A stretch of DNA of 64,000 bases, taken from NCBI GenBank assembly GCA_965644265.1, contig OZ286459.1, positions 85,870,001 to 85,934,000 of the forward strand, given 5' to 3'. This document shows, one piece after another, positions 14,171 through 24,800 of this stretch. The stretch comes from Glycera tridactyla (lineage: Eukaryota). A model generated the notes under the pieces. It ran no database searches, was not told the origin of the DNA, and saw nothing but the letters and a program-made list of their open reading frames with translations. How positions within the stretch are numbered: position 1 is the stretch's first letter; each line of letters begins with the position of its first letter. The position numbers and the translations under genes are program-made.

Positions 14171-15680
14171 TTAACATAACAATCTGGTACAACTCTGAAA
14201 ATAATATAAGCATGCTGATTAAGGTTCTACTCAGATAAAATAAAATAAAATAAAGTACGAATCTTTTGGCTGTCTGACTCTTGAGAAGTTAGGTGTTCTG
14301 TTTTATATTCAATCCAAAACTAAGTTTTAATGGATACAACATATTCATGATTATATCAATAGCCATCAATGTCTCCCAATTTTTGGGAATGTCCTAATGC
14401 AAAATCAAATTTGTAATAGGGATGTTCTTCATTATACTTTAGCGAAGCAGCTGATCTTATTAAACAAAATAAAACATACTGAACAAAATGAAGCAAAGTC
14501 AATGCAGAAAAATGACTTCATGATTCACCATATCTACTCATATATTCACTCTTCTAATTCAGTCAAACCCATCCTAGGCCTGAATCTTTTCATCTTCTAA
14601 TCAAGTTTTTAATGCAAGAAACAAGAACATATGAGCAGTATAGAAACTCCTACAGGATATTTCTACATTGCAGATCAATATTTGCAGTGAAACATTGTCA
14701 TAAGAAAGATCTCAGCCCTGATAGTATTTGAGCAGTCATGCACTCTGTTTCATAATCAGATTACACAAAACAATTTCTAAAGCTATTTCTGAAACTCACC
14801 TCCCATTTCACCATGGAGCATTTTGTACACATTACCATGCCTCCTTCACAAACACTTAGCCTAGTAGTCAATGTCTAAGATGACATCATTTTTCTATAGA
14901 AGACAGTAAATCATCCTATAGATCAAAAAGCTTGCTAAGTTAGATCTATTGCATTATAGAATGAGTCCATTATATTTACTTCTGATCAATATTACATCTG
15001 TGTATTCACACAATACAGATGAAAACCTTTCATTGGGAACCAACATTCTCTTGACCTTTCTCATCACATTTCTCGGGCATTCAGTAGGTGCAATGACTTG
15101 GAGAGGCAGTGCTGGCACTAGAGAATTAAATTTTGACACAATAATTATTCAATTATAATATAATATCTATCAGGCATTTTTGCAGCATTTTCTCCCAGGA
15201 CCACAGCCAACGGTGAGAACCGGGATACACTCCTCTGCAACTCTACCCTCTTCCAGAACATATTTATTTAGTATTGTAATAAAGTGCAAAATCTTCACAA
15301 CCTTGAAACTAGAATAAATGTATAAGGCATCTTAGGACCACAGCCAATGGTGAGAGCCTGATGCCTCAAATCTATCCCAGCATGTGTGCCAGATGGCACA
15401 ATTTTATTTATATATGGATCCTGTGCCAGAGACCCGCCTCACCAGTTCACTGCATCCACCTGCTCCTTTTGGGTTGATAGATATTCTGATACATTACCCC
15501 TTAAAACATCACTATACATACCATCCCAATAGCAAAAAACAGGTGCACATTCAAAATAGTTTCCTATCGACTAGGTATATGTTTCATCACATGTTTGGTT
15601 GACAATTTTACAGAAACATAAGTTCACATGCATAGTAGTTTCATGAAATCCAGCTGATTTGGTACATGTTTCACCACATT

Positions 15681-16556
15681 TTATGTAGCATAAAACCAGT
15701 TGTCCAATAAAGGTCCAACCACAGAGTAGCATAGACCAAGGTTACCGTATTGATTTAGGTGTATCTTATCTGAAAGAAACATACCATTCATAATATCCCC
15801 ATGGGAACAAGGTCTCTTTTTCTTCTGTTTCTTCAGCAACCTCATGAGCTGAGAATATGTCTCAAACGGCTTGACGAAAAGATGGTGTGTATGTAGAAAA
15901 AGCATTTTAATGAATGCATGATTTTTAAGATAATGATCCACCCACAAGCCTAACACCCGGGTTTCATCATCCCACCCATGTCTCCATGTAATTGGTATAA
16001 AGCAAAAGGTGGTAAGCGGGAAGAAGCTATGCAGCAATATGAGTACTTCACATATTTTATTTATAAGATAGCTATATTCATCATGTCGCATTTTGATGAT
16101 CTTTCTTTTCCGAATACGTGGGTCCCTAATGTTTCGATTTATGGTTCTTATTTTAGTAGCGAAACGATCCAAATCGTTTGAGCCCAAGACCAATACCAAG
16201 TAGTTTGGTGCTCTTTTGGCGTCTACCAGTTTCTGTAGAGTATTGCCATATCTTCTTGTCTTCGTGGCTCCTGCCTTTGTCTTTGCAAATATGCCTTGGA
16301 CTTCGTTTACAAAGCAGCCCCAGCTGGCCCCACTTATTCCCTTGTATTCCCATGAAGTTAGTAGGGATTTCATTGTGTTTTCCTGTGGCATTTCTTGAAC
16401 AAATTTTCCTAGCCTCCACACATGGCTACTTCCAAGAAAAGTCACATCCGGTCCTCCATAGGTATAAAGGAGGTCTCTACGACGATATGCTGGGCAAGTC
16501 TCATGGCTCCAATTCACTCTTTGTTTGGCAGCATCAATAGCAGGTTGATATTCCAC
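15681..16556 (-). CDS. SGNH/GDSL hydrolase (esterase), predicted exon 2, 291 codons
   Basis: Block I FLGSSH (catalytic Ser), block II GISG, block III VLGSND, block V DKIH. The frame starts at GTG directly after tttgctag, an acceptor-like sequence. Confidence 0.88.
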   Translation of the reverse strand: MEYQPAIDAAKQRVNWSHETCPAYRRRDLLYTYGGPDVTFLGSSHVWRLGKFVQEMPQENTMKSLLTSWEYKGISGASWGCFVNEVQGIFAKTKAGATKTRRYGNTLQKLVDAKRAPNYLVLVLGSNDLDRFATKIRTINRNIRDPRIRKRKIIKMRHDEYSYLINKICEVLILLHSFFPLTTFCFIPITWRHGWDDETRVLGLWVDHYLKNHAFIKMLFLHTHHLFVKPFETYSQLMRLLKKQKKKRPCSHGDIMNGMFLSDKIHLNQYGNLGLCYSVVGPLLDNWFYAT

Positions 16557-17113
16557 CTAGCAAACATATAAGACATACAAAATTTAGTTATCAAATTAAG
16601 CATATCTAGGTATACAAAAACTTTGGAATATATTTCAATTTTAAGGTATCACATATATAGTATTTAATTTACTTTGTTGACGTGTTATGCATTTATATGC
16701 CTTCATTCTCACCATATGTCATCAGGATTTTCATCACACTAGTTAATCTTTACATGCCAACCTCAGGCCTTAAAGAGAAAAAATAAGATGCGCCCTTGTT
16801 TGGCCAAGAGCTCACACGTGCGCGCGTCATATTTCGAAATTACACGCTACACTTATTACTAGTTCAAAAATTTCTATAATGTGTTATCTCTACATACCTT
16901 CACTCATATCCTGTATCATTAAAAATTTTATGGTTAAATTTACATGCCATATTCCATTATAGAGGAGAGAGAGTTACATTCTTGTTTTACCAACTGCTCA
17001 CACGTACACGTGTCCGTTGCTGAAACCACGCGCTACCGTGTTATTCGCAATGCTCGTCTAATTTATGATAATTTTCAACTCGCGTATGTCACAGTACGGA
17101 AAGCAATAGATAC
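16557..17113 (-). other. Predicted 557-nt GT-AG intron in the SGNH gene
   Basis: Begins GTATCT and ends aactaaattttgtatgtcttatatgtttgctAG, with a branch-like ctaaa and a U-rich tract. The interior is AT-rich with no long ORF on this strand. Confidence 0.6.
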
Positions 17114-17185
17114 CTCATTTCGATAGCCCATGTGGAAGTCTTCTTCCCTTCTATTTGTTATATTAGCGGCGTGACTTGAAGCCAT
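17114..17185 (-). CDS. Predicted exon 1 of the SGNH hydrolase gene (MASSHAANITNRREEDFHMGYRNE)
   Basis: ATG in gaaATGG context, 24 open codons, ends GAG|gtatct in phase 0. This matches the phase-0 acceptor at 16557. Confidence 0.62.
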
Positions 17186-17252
17186 TTCGAGGGCTTATTT
17201 CTCGTGTGTTTATCACCGGAAATAGTATCTATGTCGTCGCACATGCGCATCA
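17186..17252 (-). promoter_or_regulatory. 67-nt CpG-rich spacer between ORF1 stop and SGNH ATG, with NRF1-like and ETS-like motifs
   Basis: TGCGCATGTGCG at 17238-17249 on the minus strand (one mismatch to the NRF1 consensus) and CCGGAAAT at 17216-17223 on the plus strand. Confidence 0.3.
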
Positions 17253-18854
17253 TTAGATTCCGGTTTTAGATCCGCGGCTTGTTCGATATTTTGGTTTCCG
17301 TGAACCACGACCAGATTTACCTCCTCTCACAGCTGTATCAGTTGAGTGTTTTAGGTCTGGGAAATCATCTTGGTTTGGTATATACGCCCCTCCAAAATTC
17401 AGTGTTGATTGTCTCATGGATTTGAAACTTTGCTCTTTTTCCAGAATTTTAGATTTTATATTCTGTAATTTTTTTAAGTTATCACTTTTTTGGGGGTTTG
17501 CACCTTTCCCTTGGTTACTTTCCTTACCTTTAGATTTAGAGAAAATCTGTGGGTCTAAATTTGGTCCGGATGAATTATCGAAGTCACTGAATTGTTTAGG
17601 CATATTGGTTTGATCCAGATCAGATGCTGATTTGGGAAGCGTCAATTTTGTTGAATTTGCTGTAGTTACCGGTTGGGGTGGATCATTTTCCTTGTTACTG
17701 TTCTTTTCTTCATTCCCATCTACAGAATGTTTTTGATTTTTCCCAGCTCGTTTGATTGCATCTATCAACGTTTGTTGATTTCTGAGCATTATTTTATTCT
17801 GATCTCTTCCATGTGAAATGCAGACTCTTCCGTCCTGCGTCCAACAGAAGGCGATCTTACCTTCTTTTTTTGCTTCCCTCGCAAGACTGAAAAGTCTCCC
17901 CTCCCATGGTGTGAGTTGTTCACGAAGAAAGTAGTTGGTGCCCTTTAGGGATATCTTATTTTTTAGTGCTTTTCGTCTTAAGTTAGGATCGCAGAATCTT
18001 ACCATAACAGCCCTTGGTCTATCTTCTCTGATTGGTCCATACCTGATCACTTGACAAATATCATCCAATGTAATAACTAGGCCTATATTTTTAGCAAAAA
18101 AGTTTATAACATGTTCATGTAGGGTAACATTCTTCCTTATTTCTAACCCTTCAACTATCACAACGCTGAGTCTCTCTATCTTCTGTACGAGATCAATATC
18201 AATCTCATTCTTTTCTATTCTCTCTTCAGCATTATCCATTCTGGATGACAGTTGATATAAGAAATCCTTTATGGCATCCGTATCTTCTTGTGAAGTGTCG
18301 ATGAGATCGTCTGATTCTATCGCTTTTAACTCTCTTTCACTTTCAATGGCTAGTTCTCTCAGTTTATCTTCCGTGGTTTTTATTCTTTCTTCGTGGTCTT
18401 GTAGTTGGGCTTCATTTGTCTTTAGGCGGTCTTCGTGGTCTTGAAAAGCTTCTACTAGCCTATGGTGCTTATCCAGCATCTCTTTCTTATTGTTTCTTGA
18501 TGCGTTCTCTATCGACGTTTCCACGTAATCCTCTATGTCCATCCTGCAAGCTACTCGTATTTCAGCAAATTTATGTTGCAATCTATCGTCAATAACATTA
18601 TCCGCTTGAGTTGTAACAAGTTTCCGAGCAAGATCAATAAATTCATCATTGATTTGCATCCGTCTTTCCACTGCCAGATTTACTTTATTTTCAATAAGTT
18701 TGTCAAAAGCAACTGAATCAGTCATGTAGCTCGCATCTACTTTCTCACTGACTTGAGTCACATCAACATCATCACCATTATCCTTCAGTGACATAGTAGT
18801 TTTGGTTTCATAGCACTCTTGTGGGATTTGCATGGACTCGTCAATTTCGTCCAC
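17253..18854 (-). CDS. LINE ORF1 (transposase_22-like nucleic acid chaperone: coiled coil, RRM, CTD, basic tail)
   Basis: Coiled coil with repeat QDHE[DE]R[LI]KT; RRM-like VVIVEGLE...RYGP...RPRAVMVRF; CTD-like FLREQLT...WTQDGRV; basic C-terminus. The track start is GTG. First in-frame ATG is at 18833, and the frame stays open about 53 codons upstream of 18854. Confidence 0.88.
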   Translation of the reverse strand: MDEIDESMQIPQECYETKTTMSLKDNGDDVDVTQVSEKVDASYMTDSVAFDKLIENKVNLAVERRMQINDEFIDLARKLVTTQADNVIDDRLQHKFAEIRVACRMDIEDYVETSIENASRNNKKEMLDKHHRLVEAFQDHEDRLKTNEAQLQDHEERIKTTEDKLRELAIESERELKAIESDDLIDTSQEDTDAIKDFLYQLSSRMDNAEERIEKNEIDIDLVQKIERLSVVIVEGLEIRKNVTLHEHVINFFAKNIGLVITLDDICQVIRYGPIREDRPRAVMVRFCDPNLRRKALKNKISLKGTNYFLREQLTPWEGRLFSLAREAKKEGKIAFCWTQDGRVCISHGRDQNKIMLRNQQTLIDAIKRAGKNQKHSVDGNEEKNSNKENDPPQPVTTANSTKLTLPKSASDLDQTNMPKQFSDFDNSSGPNLDPQIFSKSKGKESNQGKGANPQKSDNLKKLQNIKSKILEKEQSFKSMRQSTLNFGGAYIPNQDDFPDLKHSTDTAVRGGKSGRGSRKPKYRTSRGSKTGI

Positions 18855-21800
18855 TTGAAGTTCCGCCTGGCTGAACGTGACACCGTCTTGTTGCTTATCG
18901 TCTATTTTTGGCTCCTGGCGATTCGATTCAACTTCTAGATCATTTATCGAGCCCTTCTCTGATATTTGGGTCGATGTGATAAAACTCCCCGAAGTTACTA
19001 CTATACGGTGCGGTTAAGAATAGAACAGGGGAATTCATGAATGAGCTAGTAACATCATGTTTGCTTTGTGCGATATGGTTACAAATGGAATGATAAATCC
19101 CATAGATACCCCAACAAAATGTCCTCGCCAAACATCGTCATGTCTGGTATGTGCAATATAGTCAAGAATGATACACTCCGTGTTGAACAACGTCATGTTT
19201 GATACGTAGAATATGTTCATGAATAGAACAGTGGTACACAAAATATGTCGTCGAAAACATGGAGAATAAGGTTGAGAATGGTACAATGGGACACATAAAT
19301 ACCTCTGACGTGTTTAAATTTCTCACAATTGTCACTGTTAATGTGGGAAGCATGGCATGGCAATGATTGAATTGTTGTCAGCCATTATATACCGAGGATT
19401 GCACATTGCACGACAACATCACATCAGCCTGGCTCACACCTTGCCTTTCTCTCACCACCTGATGCGTAGATACTTGCCAGTTAGATACATAACCCCATCA
19501 TCAACAAAGGGCCCTATCCGAAGATCTTTCGATATATCTCCATGTCAGTGTCTAGAATCCGTCGAAATAACAGCAGGTCTCAACTATCTCTCTTTTGAGA
19601 ACAAGGAGGAGATTTTTGAGAAAATTGGCACTCGAAGGATCACGATCTCGGACGTGTTCACAGACCATGGCTGGCTGGTCCGTAGAAGGCTTGCACGTGT
19701 ATCCCTGTCAGTCTGATATTTGGCTAAGGGACTCAGACATTCTCAGACAAAGACCCTTCTTCTTCGACAAATGATATTCATTTTCCGGAGGGAACTCTCA
19801 CAATCAACGTTATATTTGTCACAAATCCACATGTATGATGATCAAAACCTACCTTTAAGTCTTATATGTTCAAGACGGGACTGAAGCCATTCAACGTTAC
19901 ACATTCAATCGATCACGTTCGAATCAGTGATATCTCAAAATAAACAATTTCTGAAGAAACCCAAGTCCTCACAATAATCTTCCTAGCCAGGATGGAATCT
20001 TCAACGAGAGTGCATACCCTCTCAACAGATAATCCTGAAGAGTGCCCGCCACTTGGATACATCATTCACTGATCACTCAAGTGAGCTAAAGTCAGCTACG
20101 TTATGAGAACTCCATTCGTTGATGAAATAGAGCCATCCATCAGATGTCAGCTTTGCACTCTTTGACATAACCGCTTACCATTGTCAGAGCATCAAACCGC
20201 TCAGAATATTCTTGCCATTGAGACTTGATGGAGTGTCACCAAACAGCTCATGCAACACCTCTGGAGCCATCTCGATAACAATGCCATATCTGAATGGTAA
20301 TAGTCATGTTTCTAATCTTTTGTAGGTGAGTAGAAGCATAAGCCATCCTGGATGCCAGTCATGATAGTATAAGTATGAGCTTTCACTGTAAATAGCCGAC
20401 AGCTGATGATATGGTAGCATGACTGACATATCGTCGAATGGTTTTTGTCGAATGTCGGGAAACTTCTGTCGTAAAAGATATGTAAAGGTGACAAAAAATG
20501 GAAGGGTTGATGGAGATACATGCCATTCGTATCCTTTGATAGAACAAGTTCTGACTTTGGTATACCGGAGTGGTGATGTTGTGACCAATTTTGGCGAGAA
20601 ATATGGCAATTTCGTGATGAGTGACGCGATCTTTGAACTACATGTATGTTGTAACAGCCACTAGTCACATATTTTCATATGGTCAAATTAGCCACCCACA
20701 ACATAATCAATTGCGCAGTACACATTTTCGGTGCGTTTCTCTTAATGGCGTGCAAGGCAGGAACTTGGCATGGCTTGAAGCTTTTCATATTCTCCGTTAT
20801 ATCAAACGAAGGACTTGTGACAATGATGAAGGACTTATGATATGATCATATTTCCATCTGTCCATGGATATGAAGGGATCATAGGACTTTCTTCCAAGAT
20901 GAGTGATGTGGTGATAAGGGGATGATTTGACATGATGAAGTAGTTCGATTCTACTACCAATAAATCGAAATGTAATTTTGCAAAGACGGCCAGGAAAATG
21001 ACGCCAACTTCGACACAGCTGTACCTCATTGTGCACATGTATCTAGAACTTGATAAACTCACATATAACAATCACATCAGAAACCATACTGCCAACATCC
21101 GAAGCCATCCACTGGTTGTCATGATCTCATTGAATAACCATTCGCGGGTGGAGAATTCCATTCCATGATGAAATGTACTGATTTGGATACAGTTCAATCA
21201 TAATTGACAAGCAATAAATTTCGTGAGAATTTATAGAATCTGGTATTCTCGAGTACATGATAATTCAATATGGGACAAGATGCTTGAGAAATATGAATTA
21301 TCAACACAGGAATATTCTTCAAGTGTCCTCAATTTAGATGAGATGTCGCGTGCCAGGGTTTGCTCCCAATTGAAAAAAGTTGAAATGACCCTTCTCTATA
21401 CGGTCATACAGGTGTTTCCATTGTGTCAAGTTGTTGTCCTCGTAATGAAAAATGAAAAAAAAAATGGTGGTTGGTCGTTTTTTCTTGTTTTTTATGTGTT
21501 TTATTGCTTATCGTGCAATCATGTTTTGACAATAGACGTGGGTGGAATCATCTAAAATCTTAATGGAAGATAAAACTACAACAACGAGATCATTCAAATA
21601 GTATGCCTATGTACATCTTGAAACATCTATTTTTGCTTGCACATAATTGGTCGCCATCGCTGACAGAAGCTCTGTGGCTACCGGAAGAGAAGGTGGAAAA
21701 AGGAACCATGATGGCCGGTCAACATTTCGTGGGCACCACTTCATCAATAGTAATGCCCTTTTGGAATGCAGAATATCTTGCTAATTGGGAACTCCATCTT

Positions 21801-24800
21801 CTTGATCACAGAGAAATGTGAAATCACATGTAAATCAATTTATCATGTAGATTTGAAGGTAGTATATAAGATTGGTCGCCCGAGAAAAGACGGGATAGTA
21901 TTCGACCAATGATAATGCAAATAGTGGCTTGTGGATTATCCTGGATTTGAATCCCGCATCTCAATGAGCCCATGTCTTCATGCTATCGATATAGTCCAGG
22001 TACAAATGAAAGTGCGAAAGTTGGGGGAGCTATACCTGTCGAGTGGGATCTGAGCTTGACCTGGAACCACCAAGGACTTATGGCTGGATTGTTCCAGATG
22101 CCTTCATATAGAGGTCAGACTGCTGAAATGCAATCAGCTGAAACATGGACTGAAATTGTTTTAGCCTATTTGAACGGTGTACAAACGTATTCACTATGTC
22201 TGTTTCTGATGTTGGATTGATTGCTCCTGATTGATCAAATCACCTAATTCCAACAAACTAATTGAAACAACCACAACAACCACTCTCGCATACGCAAGTA
22301 AACAGAAATAAGTCACTGCATGTAGCCTCAGGTGTCAGCTTTTATTGATTCAGAAAGTGATCCCCCTTCCTACATATTGTCAAATACCCATTAATCACAT
22401 TGAAGACTGATCGAGTGAGACCCATCATCTGAAAACCCATGACCTGACTATATAATGTGTCAAGTAAGTCACTCCAGGCGAGCTCACCAAACTGTTATTA
22501 GAGAATATATTGTTGTGCCATCATCCTTTATCAGCAGTTCTCAGGTTGTGATCTTGTTTTCAGATATCTTTCAGTTCGAGAGAAAGTAAAAGAATTCAAA
22601 ATAGTGATGACGGACCTCAGAAACATACAGAATGAGGCAGCATATTGTCAATGTTTGCTTTGTGAATACTCAAACTGTACACTGATTGGTTTGTTGGTTG
22701 GAGGGCCACCTGTATTCATACACCTATGCAAAGACATTTGTTGCATCATCCATGGCTCCTCCATCACAGACACATATGTTTTTATCCTGCTTTGGGAGGC
22801 CAGACACCTCCTTAAGATTTTTCTTTGATTTCACTTGACGAATGAGATGCTGCCAACGTGAACAGAAATCTCCACGGTACGTCATTTCCGGGCGACTGAA
22901 TGATGAACAGGATTGATTAACATTCCCGTCAGAAGCGTAGGTAATCTCAATGGCAGGCAGTGTAAATTACAGCAATTTGAGACGGCGTGGGGCGACATAA
23001 GTAATGAGGTATTGACCCATATACAAGTCCAGGTTGATGATATGATCATTCATGTTATATAGATGTATTCATACATTTATCAACAAGTCCTGATAACTTG
23101 TTCAAGGTTCATCTGACACTCCTTTCCCGACATATGGCAAAATGTACAGACAGACGCAACGGATATTTTAATTTCTCTTCTGCCTTCATCATTCCATAAT
23201 TTGAGGGACGTTCTGATTCATCTGACCTTCTTTAATGGATCTATTGGGAGTGACTACTCAGCCGTGGTCAATACGAGCGTTTCTCACTAGCTTCTCTCCA
23301 GTTTTAGAGGTGAGAATTAGTGGAAATGATACTAGTTCCACCGACAAAGATGATAGCCAGCTTGTGTGATGCAGTCAAGGATATCTCATTAAAAGTCTGT
23401 ATTCTCAGATGAGTGTCTTTAATCTATGATCGCCTGGTGAGGAAGTCCCCACCCCTTGTAAAATATGATTACTCAGAGCAGACATCCAGAAAGATAGCTG
23501 ATCCAAACCAGGAATTGCCTAGCTCATTCTCATGCAATTATTCCCACACTCGGCAGATTGATAACTGTCCTTCCCATTGATATGTATGAAAGCTGTGTGA
23601 AGAACCCATGAAGAACGGATCAACATGAAAAATGAGATATAAAGTATTACCCCTATTGGTTACCCTTGATAGTGAGGAGGCCTCGCCAACAGAACTAGAA
23701 TTTTCAGGCTGTCTGCACATGCCTGGATCCCTACTGAGGCCAGAAACCGAGTAGTGAGAAACGCCCGTATTCACGTACAAATTGCTGTACTTACTCGATT
23801 GAGAGTTTTCGGGCAAGAATGACTAAATCTCCCACACATTAGGTGATATGGATACACTCCCTACCAACTTAGATTATCATATATGAAGAATATGTAAATG
23901 GAATGAGAGATAGTATATCGAAGCCACATGATCTGACACCTGGATTGACCGTGACAGCATCCATCTATGCTAATGAATAATGATGTGCTCTAGTAATCTC
24001 AAATGACAGCCAGATATGCAGATAATCCAGAAAAGTATGTTGGTTTTCACTTGTGGGATTAGAGCTAATGCGAAGACCACGAGATGGATGCCCAAAAACA
24101 AGGACTGATTCTTTGAATTCAAATATATGTGTGGTGTTCATACACAGATCGTTACCTTCATCGGATAGAAAATGTTAGTTTTGGTAATCGTTTTCCGTCC
24201 AGTTTGACATGATTTCCTTGGACCTTGAACAATGTGAATGAGCAGGATATACGAGGCCCGTGGCCTGATGGCTATTGGTAATGGGTTTGTTCCCATTCTG
24301 ATGGTGAATGAACAAGGACTGTGGTACTGTTGTGTTCCCATTCACGTCACAGAAGCCTACCTCTCGTGATTTCGTCATCCTTGTGTCTTTTCGTGGAATT
24401 GAGCCACGCATCAAATTACAATTCGTCAAATGCATGTTGGAGTAATGTCAAATTATCAGAGCGTGGCAATGTTGCGTCAAGACTGTTCCGGCATGTTATC
24501 CTGTGCATCCGAATTGGTCACGTTGAGCTGTGGACTCTTGCATTCTGCTTTGCTCAGAAAATTGATCATAAAGGCATATCCTTTTTTCCACTGATGCACT
24601 AACTGCAACTTTCACAAATGATCGATGAGAAAAAGTCAGTGCTAGGTCTCGTTGATCAGTGTTTCCGACTGATGCATACTAAGTGGATCGTTATTTCTCT
24701 CAAATTATTCATTCTCCGTGGTCAAAAAGCCTGTTGCGGATCAAAAATAACAATGAATATATAGCCCATATATTTAGCACGGGCTACTTCCGCCTGTACA

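Larger units (their letters stand above)
9757..19350 (-). mobile_element. Putative full-length CR1/L2-group LINE with three co-oriented genes (ORF1, spliced SGNH hydrolase, APE-RT)
   Basis: Three uninterrupted minus-strand coding regions lie in one AT-rich block. The 3' end shows AATAAA (plus-strand tttatt 9781-9786) then (TA)n at 9757-9774. The 5' boundary near 19.0-19.35 kb is a guess from base composition. No target-site duplication found. Confidence 0.7.

Noticed and set aside
17515-17870. Strong GTAAG donors inside ORF1 as a way to fuse ORF1 to the SGNH exon
   Set aside because: Both are phase 1. Joining them to the 16557 acceptor gives a stop within a few codons.
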